NCBI RefSeq assembly: GCF_006345805.1
Contig: NC_042997.1
Span: 131,812,001 to 131,876,000, forward strand
Direction: 5' to 3'
DNA: 64,000 nt
DNA from: Octopus sinensis
Taxonomy: Eukaryota
Shown here: positions 39,947 through 51,734 of the stretch, in pieces
Numbering within the stretch: the first letter of the stretch is position 1
How the letters are laid out: each line of letters starts with the position of its first letter
Made by a program: the position numbers and the translations under genes
Notes under the pieces: model-generated
The model's input: only the letters and a program-made list of their open reading frames with translations
What the model was told of the DNA's origin: nothing
Databases searched by the model: none

Positions 39947-40005
39947 CTATATAATATATATGTATATATACATATATATTATATATATATATATATATGT
40001 ATGTG
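31329..40005. repeat. Giant degenerate (TA)n array, about 8.7 kb
   Basis: Continuous TA repeats with mainly TACA/TCTA interruptions on the plus strand. Confidence 0.97.
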
Positions 40006-40654
40006 TGTATACACAGGCACATAGAATTAAGTTATATCTTTCTTTACTGTGATTTCAATATTTGCAATGGTAAATTGCCAGAGGGCTGCATTCTCTCAAC
40101 AATGCCAAAGTATGACCAACAACAACAACAAATTTTGCTTGACTTCATTAAAATGCTGTTTGGGAAATGTGATTTTCAAACTAACTAGAGGCAGGGACAG
40201 TAAAGGTCTTTGCTTTAAAAATAATGCAGAATAAATGCATAGTGTAACAATACAACTCCTGTTTTCTCTGACTGTAGTTGAATTAACAATGTTGGAGCTA
40301 AAAGAACATGCAACTCAGTACTCCAACTTTGTCCAACTTTCATGAATTCTCTAGAAATCAATTGAAAAAGATCTGGGAGTTGCTCTGGCTTAATCCTTAG
40401 CATTTAAACTTGCTATATCTGACCCAAATATTCTACCAGTTTTTGTATTTAAACCAGCCAAGTCTAGCATTTGCATCTATCCTACAATGTCATTCTTAAG
40501 ATATACATACCATTTATAGTAAGATCTCCAGAAAACTGAAAGAAGGGCATATTTTTAACAATAAAAACAGAATCAGAGTAGAGCAACAGCACCCATTGAA
40601 AAACAAAAACTTCACAATTTTGAGTTGAGTGCATCAGGGACATTGCTGTTTGTT

Positions 40655-40842
40655 ATAGTGGCACGTAAAAAGCACCCACTACACTCTCAGAGTGGTTGGC
40701 GTTAGAAAGGGCATCCAGCTGTAGAAACTCTGCCAGATCAAGATTGGAGCCTGCTGCAGCCATCTGGTTCACCAGCCCTCAGTCAAAATCGTCCAACCCA
40801 TGCTAGCATGGAAAGTGGACGTTAAACGATGATGATGATGAC
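40655..40842 (+). mobile_element. RTE 3' UTR/tail fragment
   Basis: gtggcacgtaaaaagcacccactacac...ggacgttaaacgatgatgatgatg. Confidence 0.8.
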
Positions 40843-41559
40843 ATCTGTGCAATTATTACAATGATCCTTCACCTTAGTTATTTAATATCTAAACACCTGA
40901 GATGAGTTGTTAATACAATTATAAATTTTCAAATTATTAGCTTCATCCATAGAGATGAAACACTTTTATAATATTTATTCTTACCCTATGTTTCGAACAG
41001 TTTAATTTCCAGACTCCAGATATATACATAGTACCAGATTGGATTCAAACCAGAAACCATTATTTTCAAAATTAAGTTTAAAATATTCTTATCCACTGCC
41101 GCTACTAATGCATGTACATTAATATTACCAGTATAGGTTATTTAAACTTATTTTCCAGTATAGAAGTCATAGCAGGCTGATGTCAACACTAGGTTTACTG
41201 AGCGAGTTTTCAACAAGTGCTATTAGTATAATTAAGCAAAATATTGTTCGAAGCTAACAGAGAACTGCAACAAAAAGTAGAAAAAGAAATCAATGAACAG
41301 TATATATAGCATTTGCTGAATAACCTTGTTAATAAGCCTAATACTTATAGAGTATGAGATGTTTTGGCGTCACTGATTGGAGGCTGACTTATTTGACATA
41401 AGACCTTTTAATGATTCTCTCATTCTCCCATCCCACTCTTTCTTTCACTCTCTCTCTCTCTCTTTATGTGTGTGAACATATTTATGTATATGTGAAGAGG
41501 GTTAGTGTTTATGTCAGTTGTGTTTAGTTGATAAATTGTAATGTCACTCTTTCCCTCTC

Positions 41560-41700
41560 TATTTCTCCCTCTTGATCTTCCTCTCTCTCTCTCCCTTCCT
41601 CTCTCTCTCCTCCCTCCCTCCCTCTCTCTCTCTCTCTGTCTCCCTCCCTCTCTGCCTCCCTCCCTCTCTTCCTCCTCTCTCTAGCTCTCTTCCACATTCC
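41560..41700. repeat. Polypyrimidine (CT/CCCT)n tract
   Basis: About 140 bp that is almost entirely C/T. Confidence 0.9.
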
Positions 41701-42839
41701 TATCTGAATGTATATATATTTCTTTATGCATGTGTGTTTGCCTCCGGTGCCTGTCACCAAAACAAATTCAATGTCCAGTCAGCCTCACCAAATTACCAGC
41801 ATCCAAACAGCCACACTCAATCATCTCATTCCAGTTCTGATTTTTATGGCAGTTAACTTGAAATAAGCCAAAAAGATGTAGCATTAAATATACATGCATC
41901 AGTAGCAGAGTGGATAAAATTGTCATTTTTCTGAGTTTAGAAATAATGGCTCTTAATTCAAATCCAGTTTCATCTACAAAGACGAGGGTGATAGTTCAAA
42001 ACCTTACAATTGTTTTTAGCTATACTAATGATTTGAAATTATCAAAAAGTGATCAAACAACCTGCAGAAAAGGGCTCAATACCATGTACTGGTAGATTGA
42101 TAGAAACAACATGCATTTCAATGCCAGTTAGTTCCAAATACTGCTTTCAGTCTTGTAACACGTGTAATCTGGATACACAGGATCAAGAGAAATTAAAATT
42201 CCAGTGTCAGAGGTGGTGCGAGAGCCATGGATTAATGATATGTAATAACGCATCATTTCATGGCATTTGTTGTCAGATATTTGGATTATTCCTCCAAGCT
42301 GAAGTCCCCTCGTAGTTTGAAGGTCGCTGCTGACCTGACAACAATCCAGTCCTGTGATGATTCAGCAGAAAGATTACCTCTATCCTGTAGCTAAGTTATT
42401 GGGAGAATTGACAGCTTTGAGAAGAGTGTATGTGTGTGTAGGAAGGGCACACAGCCACAGAAACCAAGTTAAATGGCAAGCACTTTTGGGGCAGTGGGTC
42501 CCAATAATAAATGATTCAAACCATAATGACCCTTCACATCCATGCCTGCATATACATATATTTATTACACCATTTCCAGTATATTTAGGTGTTTAACTGA
42601 TGATGATATAATATATCCGTATGTGAAACCGTTTATAGGTTTCACATACACACATAGAAGTAAGACTCAACATAGAGTGAATATATTATATTCCGATAGC
42701 TAAGATCCTACAGATTATTGACTCAAGGATTAAAATTTTTCTGCAACTAAATTTTTAAACATTCAAAGTCCATTTAATAAAAATTTTGGACTGATATAGC
42801 TTCTCATGTATGAAGAAATAGAATGCATGCACACACACA

Positions 42840-42881
<42 letters not shown>

Positions 42882-42911
42882 TTGTAAAAAAAATACAAAC
42901 TGGGACAAGAA

Positions 42912-42965
<54 letters not shown>

Positions 42966-43026
42966 ATATTATGGAGATATACTTGCATAGCAAGTGACTT
43001 GATCTGAAATCATGAGCTGAAACAAA

Positions 43027-43312
43027 AACAATTGCAGTGTGGAAGGTGTTTATAAGCCAGTTAAAAAAAAAAACAAAAAAAACTGTTAGATTCACTTAAA
43101 CATTTAAATTTAATTTGTGTCGAAATATTTTCATCGCTTTGATACTGCGACCTGTTCATTGAAGCAGCATGAAGTTTTGTCAGTGAACAGATCGAGGTTT
43201 CAAAATGATGAAAATATTTTGACACAACTTAAATCTAAATGTTGAAGTAAATCTAACAGTTTTTTTATGCGTTTTTAAATGGCTTATAAATACCTTCCAT
43301 GCTGCAATTGTT
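43027..43312. repeat. Foldback element (about 135-bp arms, 17-nt loop) between TA tracts
   Basis: aacaattgcagtgtggaaggtgtttataagcca...tgttcattga pairs with tcagtgaaca...tggcttataaataccttccatgctgcaattgtt. Confidence 0.9.
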
Positions 43313-43324
43313 ATATATATATAT

Positions 43325-43470
43325 ATGACAGGCTCCTTTCAGTTTCCGTCTACCAAATCTACTCACAAGGCTTTGGTCGACCCAAGACAGTTGCCCAAGG
43401 TGCCACGCAGTGAGACTGAACCCAGAACCATATGGTTCATAAACAAGCTACTTACCACACTGCCACTCCT
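43325..43470 (-). mobile_element. SINE family A 5' half, inverted
   Basis: ttcagtttccgtctaccaaatctactcacaagg...ctacttaccacactgccactcct. Confidence 0.8.
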
Positions 43471-43489
43471 AAGCTGATATATATATATA

Positions 43490-43792
43490 TCATGTGATTG
43501 ACCAGGCTATCAGATGTAGCTACACATCGCTGGTCACAATGCACTTCGCATTGTTTTAGCCTTCAAATGACGTCACACCACTGGCTAAGCGAGCAAGCCA
43601 ACAGAAGAAAGAGTGAGAGAAAGTTGTGGTGAAAGAGTACAGCAGGGATCGCTACCACCCCCTGCCAGAGCCTCGTGGAGCTTTAGGTGTTTTCGCTCAA
43701 TAAACACTCACAATGCCTGGTCTGGGAATCAAAACCGCAATCCTACGACCGCAAGTCCGCTGTCCTAACCAGTGTGCCATTGCACCTCCACA
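43490..43792 (-). mobile_element. tRNA SINE sharing its head with family D but with a different 3' half
   Basis: The reverse complement matches 1-165 (gagcgaaaacacctaaagctccacgaggctctggcag...ctttctctcactctttc), then diverges to gaaggctaaaacaatgcgaagtgcattgtgaccagcg. Confidence 0.75.
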
Positions 43793-43886
43793 TATATATA
43801 AAAGTTATTAGTGATTTATTTCAGTTCTACAGAACATTTATAGATTTCAGTGAACACTGAAATAGGCAGATGCAAACACCTTGTCT

Positions 43887-44115
43887 TTAACCCTTTCGTT
43901 ACCATATTTATTTTGAGGTGCTCTGTAGTACTTTCAATTATTTTAAATATAACAATGAATTTAGTAAAATAACTTAGTTATCATTAAGCTAGTGTTAGGA
44001 ACATAAATTGTGACTAAGGTTTGGTGGCAGATTTTAATTCAGAACTTTTGAAATCAAGACATTTGTACTACAGAGTCAGAGGCGGTTTCAGCCGGGTTGG
44101 TATCGAAAGGGTTAA
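43887..44115 (-). mobile_element. Complete piggyBac-type MITE
   Basis: TTAA-CCCTTTCGTTACC ... GGTATCGAAAGGG-TTAA, 221 bp between TSDs. Reverse copy of 5941-6169. Confidence 0.88.
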
Positions 44116-45711
44116 ACACAGTGTGGATAGAAAATGAGGGAACAGCCAGACTGGTTTTAGTCCTGTGTTGGGATTTCATCAGTGACTGAATACCTACTTC
44201 AGCTGTCTGTAGAGACATTGCTTATAAATTTTACCATCTGCTATAACATGCATCATTACAGCAAAACAACCCAGTATAATGAACCAATAAAACTCCCTCT
44301 ACATAGTTGCTCAATCTGTTAAAAATATCAGACAAATTTTCCTCAAACTAACCTTAGAGAACACATTGGATAATGTGATCCTAATCACACAATGCCTTGA
44401 AAAATCGATGTGCTGATCATGGCTGGAACATCTATGATCAGGTCTGCTTAGGGGCTAAATGAGAATATATGATGTGTAGTGTAGCTTGAATTATAGATCA
44501 TATTGAGGGGTTTTAGCTGTTAGTGGCTTTTAACCATAAATAGTTTATTCATAATATTCATGTTTTTCTCTTTTGTATTAAAATGCTTTTTCTTTTTTCT
44601 TTCTTTTTTTTTTTTTTAAGTAATATATAAATTTTTGGATTTTTTGTCTTCAGTATCTTTTTAAAATTGTAAAATGAAAGAGAAAAAAAGAATAATCTTA
44701 TTTGCAGGCATTGTTACCAAAAATTGATAATACCTTAATACCCTTTAGCTTTTCCTATTGCTTCATATTACCATACGGCACAAAAGCAGCTTACACTACT
44801 AACACGAAATGCCAAATGCACCAAAAAAGAAAAAGAAATGAGACCAGCAAAGAAACAAATTCTTGCGCTTCTAATTTTCATCTCTTAAATATTCATTTTT
44901 CTTTAAATATTTTAATCGAATGGTATGAAATCAGTACATAGATTTATTATTATTATTATTATTATTATCATTATTATTATTATTATTATTTCCCAAAAAC
45001 TAATGGCATGATTAATACACATAACATTCCTGGTACATTCACAGTTTATTTCTAGAATTAGTATATATCATTTTCTGATAACATGAAATTTTTACATTTT
45101 AACATCAAATTCATAAAAATTTACACCATCAATATTCCATAAATTATAACCAGAATTAATAACATAATGAAACCTGCAGAATGAATTTGAGTTTGGTTGT
45201 GTTTATAATGTAATTAAGAATATATATCAAAAGATTTAAATATGATATAAATCTTCATGATATAGCTGTATCATTGTTTGTTATATAATACAATTGTGAT
45301 ATCTGAAGTTTTGCACGTGGCATTAATCCAACTCTTAATATCCAGTGTTTTTTGTCTGTTTCCCCCTTTATTATACATAATATGAATATTCTTATTCACA
45401 GTATATTTAGGCCTTAAATATGAAATGTTTATGAATATTATTTTTTGTATAAATTATGAGTTTATGATATCCAAAGTTCCTGATATATACCTACATTCAC
45501 TGCTTACAATATCCAAATAAAGAAAGGCTTTCATATGCATGTAAAATTATATATATAAAAAAAAGATTGTGAGACAATGCTGTAAAAAAAAAAAATCAAG
45601 CCAAAAATAATAAGGCAATATTTTATTTCTTCATACATATACACACATCATATATATATGTGTGTGTGTATATATGTGAATGTATGTATATATATATGTA
45701 TATATATATAA

Positions 45712-45902
45712 TAATAATAATAATAATAATTGTGTACAGTGCTCAGGTGCACTACAACTCATCTAAAGTGTATATATAATCAGGTGTAGTTTCGACGGAT
45801 TTCGGGAAGCATGAGGGCCTTAAAGGATGCAGTGTCATGGCAGTCAACAACTGACGCAGGCAGTTTATTCCATGCTTCAGCAACCCTGAGCGTGAAAAAA
45901 TG
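45712..45902 (-). mobile_element. CR1-type LINE 3' end
   Basis: Minus strand [40 protein letters not shown] (45902-45780), matching the CR1 FFxxRVVxAWNxLP...SFK motif, then a short UTR and an (ATT)n tail. Confidence 0.85.
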
Positions 45903-46050
45903 TATATATATATATGTATGTATATATATATGTATGTATATATGTATGTATATATATATATGTATATATATATGTATGTATATATGTATATATATATGTA
46001 TATATATATGTATATATAATGTATGTAATATATGTATGTATATATGTATG

Positions 46051-46081
<31 letters not shown>

Positions 46082-46338
46082 GTATGTAGTATGTATATAT
46101 ATATGTATGTATATATGTATGTAATATATGTATGTATATATATATTGTATGTATATATATATATATGTATAATATATATGTATGTATATATGTATATATA
46201 TATGTATGTATAATATATGTATGTATATATATATATGTATGTATATATATATGTATATATATATTATGTATATAATATATATGTATGTAATATATATAAT
46301 TATGTATATATATATATGTATGTATATATATATGTATG

Positions 46339-46371
<33 letters not shown>

Positions 46372-46426
46372 GTATATATATATGTATATATATATATATG
46401 TATGTATCTATATATATATGTATGTT

Positions 46427-46464
<38 letters not shown>

Positions 46465-47134
46465 GTATGTATGTATATATATATGTAGTATATATATGTA
46501 TGTATATATATATATATGATATAATATATGTATGTATATATATATATATGTATGTATGTATATATATATGTATGTATATATATATAGTATATTATGTATG
46601 TATCTATATATGTATGTATTATATATGTATGTATATATATATGTATGTAATATATATATGTGTATATATATATATATGTATATATATATTATGTATGTAT
46701 ATATATATATATGTATGTATATATATATGTATGTATATATATATGTATGTATATATATATATGTATGTATATATATATATATGTATGTATATATATATAT
46801 ATATGTATATAATATGTTATGTATATATATTATGTATATATATATATGTATGATATATATATATATATATATGTATGAATTATATATATATATATGTATG
46901 ATATATATATGTATATATGTATGATATATATATATATATAATGTATGATATATATATTATATATATGTATGATTATATATATTATATCTGTATGATATTA
47001 TATATATATATGTATTATATATTTTATGATTATATATATATATATATAGTTGTATATATATATGTATGTATATATATGTATGATATATAATATATATATA
47101 TATGTGTATATATATATGTATGTATATATGTATG

Positions 47135-47166
<32 letters not shown>

Positions 47167-47175
47167 ATGTACATA
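45903..47175. repeat. Second degenerate (TA)n array, about 1.3 kb, TATG-interrupted
   Basis: TA repeats with mostly G interruptions (tatgta) on the plus strand. Confidence 0.97.
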
Positions 47176-47699
47176 CACATGCACTTATTATATTACGTTA
47201 GAAAAGTATGTTTAAAACTGGTGGGAGATAATCACAATTATACTGTGACGTTTTTACAAGTTCATAAACTATCTCTATCTCATCTAAAAGATATAGGATA
47301 GATAACTTTCACTCACGATATGGTTCAACATTCCATTAATAATAATAATATCTGATCTGTGAACACCAAAAGCTTATTTATACTGTATTGCAATATATGA
47401 TGAATGAATACATGATGTGGTTCAAAAAGATTTCATGATTAAAAACAAACACATGGAATAGTCATTCTGTTATTCTAAATACGTTTTATCTTATGGAATA
47501 TTATCAGATTTTATTTATGTTTGTATAGAAAATAGAAGAACTGGAGGAATAGTGTAGTATTCATAGATTAAATGTTGCTTTAACATTTGTATTTCAGTAT
47601 AAATAAAAGTATAATTATGTATTTTCATATATTTCCTCTCCATGTTGAATGTTTTCTAATCTTTATACAATTTTGAAATCATGGTTATTGACATATAGG

Positions 47700-48039
47700 T
47701 GGAACCATAGCTGTGTGGTTAAAAAGCTTGTTTTGCAACTATACTACTTCAGGTTCAAGTCCCACTGCATGGCATCTTGAGCATTTGTCTTCTACTACAG
47801 ACCTGAGTTGACAAATGCCTTGTGAATGAATTTAACAGGTGGAAATTGTGTGGAAGCTGATATATATATATATAAATTAGGGAAGAGCCACCATGTAGCA
47901 ATTCAGCAATGATATACTTAAATCATACCATATAGAAAAAAATTAAAGATACGATAAAACATTTACCTAGAACTTTTTGGGCATTGAGACTCCTCCAAGC
48001 CATGCCTGCATGGAAAAAGGATGTAAAAATGATAACAAT

Positions 48040-48074
<35 letters not shown>

Positions 48075-48286
48075 CACATGTATACACATATAATATACAC
48101 AGGCATATACATTTGCATACTGTGTTTTGAGATGTTTAAAAAAATAATCCATGTATTGTTGAATTGCTACATGTTGGTTCTTTTCAAATTTATATGCATG
48201 TATTATATATTGTGAAATTTGATTTAGTATTACTAAATTGAATTTTTCCCTATAAGTTTGGAATCATATTCCCTAATATTATATAT

Positions 48287-48324
<38 letters not shown>

Positions 48325-48530
48325 CACCTGTGTGTGTTTTGGATTGTTTTTATCACCCTGTGAACACTTGACAGCAGGTGTGACTTTGTTTATGTTCCCA
48401 AACATGGTGATTCAACAAATGTGACCAATAGAATAAATACCAGCCTTTAAAAGAAAGTACCTAGATCAATTTGTTTGACTAAAACCCTCCAAGTCAGTGT
48501 TCCAGCATGGCTGCAGTCCAATGACTGATA
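47700..48530 (+). mobile_element. Old SINE family A split by later insertions
   Basis: Head half 47700-47860 and 3' half 48320-48530, with TA/CA tracts and an RTE-tail remnant between them. Confidence 0.55.
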
Positions 48531-48939
48531 CATTTAGACTTCTAAGTATGGTTATGCTTAACCTGAAAACTGCATGTGTACAAATGTACAAATGCATGCA
48601 CATATACAGACACTTGTGTATGATTTCTTTTTTAAATCCTATAAAATCTTACTAACCCTACCTTTTAAACCCTATTTATGACTTTCAGGCAGTTACTGAG
48701 GCAAAAAATATTGTTTAGCCATGTACCCCATCATAGGTAGCAAGTAGTTTATATTTTGATGTTAAATCTGCATGTATTTTCATTTTGTGGAAACAAATGA
48801 AAAAATATATGGATTATATTTTTTTAACATCTCAAAACACAGTATGTAAATGTATATGCCTGTATGTATTATATGTGTATACATGTGTTTGTGTGTGTGT
48901 GTGTGTCATTGTTATCATTTTTATATCCTTTTCACATGC

Positions 48940-49320
48940 TGACATGACCTGGAGGAGTCTCAATGCCCAAGGTCGTTCCTATTCAGAGTTACTACCCTTC
49001 TTACTCGCACATCTGCATGTTGTATGGATGGATGGATTTTTGTGTGAGACAACTGTTGTTATCGTTAGGCCTAACTCATCGTAAAGTCAATACCACCATG
49101 ACCGATATCCAAACTACGGTGGAGAAGGCTAGCCACTGGATTTGGTTAAAAAGAGATGATGAGCGATGGCTAGAAGAATATTGAGCTTTATTTGATAACC
49201 AGTTGATCTAGCGAGTGGGACCTCATATCAGTTAGGGGAGGGGGGTGCGCATTGATGCCGTCAAGAGGTAGGCCCCGAAACGGCGCACATTCTCTCTTGA
49301 TGACCCCATATACTTGCTGG
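48940..49320 (+). mobile_element. HERO-like (restriction-like endonuclease) non-LTR retrotransposon 3' relic
   Basis: ORF end ...RQLLLSLGLTHRKVNTTMTDIQTTVEKASHWIWLKRDDERWLEEY* resembles the AExASxWLWL(K/R)R C-terminus of HERO-clade ORFs. It is followed by a GC-richer UTR with cccgaaac...atgacccc. Confidence 0.55.
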
Positions 49321-50140
49321 CTTCCGGTATGCAGAGTTTTTGACTGGTAGCACTTGCATGTGCAAGTTGTTTCCAAGACATCTAAGTATTCTGTTGTTCA
49401 GTCAGCTGATTACTTGCTTTTTGAATTTAAGTAGCTGAGCATTACACAAGATATATGTCACCTTAATGTGATTCCTAATTAGAATCAACATGACACAGTG
49501 TGTGACAAGGCTGTACCTTTGAATTACATGTATAATCCATCTGATGAGCTTTTGTACAGTTTTTGTTGACTCAGTTTTACTCGCAAAATACTGGTTAACT
49601 CAAGCAAAAGAAAATTACAGAAAACCATGTGTATACGCACATTCTCAGTTATATATTGGAAGGGGCATTCTGTTAATAAAAACACACACTGGTTGTTGTT
49701 TATTTCTTTATTGTTAATTAGTTAATTAATCATCGGTTTGTCAAGGTCTCTCACCACACAATTGTGATCTTTTCACTATCCTGACAGTTTAAGAAACCAC
49801 CTACCATGAAACTTCAAAATAACCCTTGTCCCCTTATATGTGTGTGGGATACATGTATCTGTGTTGTACACACACACACTTATATAATTTTTTATTAGTG
49901 GAAATTGAAGTAGATAAAGTAATAATAGATAAATATTGGGTTAAAACCTCTTTTGGATAGAAAATGACAATGGCTGTTCCCCGTGAGATTTGAACCCACA
50001 TCTTCTGTGAACATGACAGATTTTCTACAATTGGACCAAAGCAATTCTTATGGATGATAGGGGAGAAGATGTACAGAATATGAAGGTCTTCTTGCATTTT
50101 CTCCTGCCATCTGGTGTGCTAAGTGATTAAAATGAAATCC

Positions 50141-50350
50141 CTATTTCTTTACTACCCACAGAGAGGATGAACAAAAACAGACACATGTATTGAGTCGATT
50201 ATATCGACCCCAGTGCGTAACTGGTACTTAATTTATCGACCCCAAAAGGATGAAAGGCAAAGTCGATCTCGGCGGAATTTGAACTCAGAACGTAACGGCA
50301 GACAGAAGACCACTAAGCATTTCACCTGGCGTGCTAATATTTCTGCCAGA
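50141..50350 (-). mobile_element. SINE family B
   Basis: cctatttctttactaccc...gatgaaaggcaaagtcgatctcggcggaatttgaactcagaacgtaacggcag... Confidence 0.85.
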
Positions 50351-50642
50351 GCCCTTGCTTTAGGGCTTCTCAAGCCCGTCAGCATTTTGTCAGGTCGTAT
50401 AGGACTCAATTTTTTTTATCTTGGTAACATGAGGCAAGATTTGAACTTTGAATGCACAGCACCAATCCAAATACTACGAGGCATGCCACTTGATGTTCTA
50501 ACAATCCTGCTAAACCATCACCTGAGACTATTTTATCTACACTAAAAAGGATTAATGACAGGGTTTACTTAGTTGGTATTTGAACTCAGAGTGAAGAGAA
50601 GCTGAACAAATATTGCACAGTATTCAATCCAATATTCTATTA

Positions 50643-51275
50643 GGTGCAGGAGTGGCTGTGTGGTAAGTAGCTTGCTTATAGGCGGCGAGCTGGCAGAAAC
50701 GTTAACACAGCCGTATTCCGTCTGCCGTTACGTTCTGAGTTCAAATTCCGCCGAGGTCGACTTTGCCTTTCATCCTTTCGGGGTAGATAAATTAAGTACC
50801 AGTTACGCACTGGGGTCAATATAATCGACTTAATCCGTTTGTCTGTCCTTGTTTGTCCTCTCTAAAAAAAAATACTGCCTTCATGGCAAATTTAATGAAT
50901 AAAAGTAGCTTGCTTACCAACCACATGGTTCCGGGTTCATTCCCACTGCATGACACCTTGGGCAAATGTCTTCTACTGTAGCCTCAGGCCGACAAAAGCC
51001 TTGTGAGTGGATTTGGTAGATGGAAACTGAAGGAAGCCCGTCGTATATATGTATGTGTGTATATGTTTGTGTGTCTGTATTTGTCCCCCCAACATCGCTT
51101 GATGACCGATGGTGGTTTTTTTTTACATCCACTTAACTTAGCGGTTCAGCAAAAGAGACCGATAGAATAAGTACTAGGCTTACAAACAATAAGCCCTGGG
51201 GTCGATTTACTCGACTAAAGGCTGTGCTCCAGCATGGCCGCAGTCAAATGACTGAAACAAGTAAAAGAGAGAGAG
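50643..51275 (+). mobile_element. Full SINE family A with a nested SINE family B (50679-50902)
   Basis: The 14-bp direct repeat aagtagcttgctta at 50665-50678 and 50903-50916 flanks the insert. Confidence 0.88.
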
Positions 51276-51591
51276 TAAGTCCACAACTGACCACATTTGT
51301 ATGTGTGTGTATGTACGTGTTTGTGTGTGTGTGTGTGTGTGTGTATGCACCCTTCTCTCCATATATATGTGTGTGTGTATAGTAAGCTCAACTAACATGC
51401 ATAAACATACATTGGAACCTATCGATATATTTCATAAACACTTGTTGTTCAAGATAAACATGTTTTGATGTTTGTTGTTGGACAGGAAAAAAAATTACAT
51501 ACAAAACAAACCATCTTTTACATCGTTCTTTCTCTTTCTACGCAAAATTTTTCCATTTATCTTTTATTCTTTACATTTTTTATTTGATTAG

Positions 51592-51734
51592 AACTGGTGC
51601 CATCCATGTTGGAGACAAGCTTCTGGCAATCAATGGCAACACAACCAGAGGATGTAATTTGTCTGAAGCTATAAACATGTTGCAGCTTGCTGGAGATTTA
51701 GTGACGTTAAAAATCTCTCGAACTGTAGAAAAAA
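51592..51734 (+). CDS. GRIP1: GRIP-like exon (PDZ6 C-terminal part)
   Basis: Acceptor ttgattag, donor gtaagt. 143 nt, (R)TGAIHVGDKLLAINGNTTRGCNLSEAINMLQLAGDLVTLKISRTVEK. Matches GRIP TGAIHIGDRILAIN...[21 protein letters not shown]. Follows a 28,101-bp intron (23491-51591). Confidence 0.96.

Noticed and set aside
41560-41700. Polypyrimidine tract as a regulatory triplex or G-quadruplex element
   Set aside because: Such CT tracts are common throughout this window and genome type, and nothing marks this one as functional.
42040-42316. Possible additional mariner relic ending in cccctcgta
   Set aside because: Only a TIR-like end is recognisable, and I could not recover a transposase motif with confidence.
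31327-47301. Dozens of 60-223 aa Tyr/Ile/Met-rich ORFs on both strands
   Set aside because: They are translations of (TA)n/(TATG)n repeats, which lack stop codons by composition.
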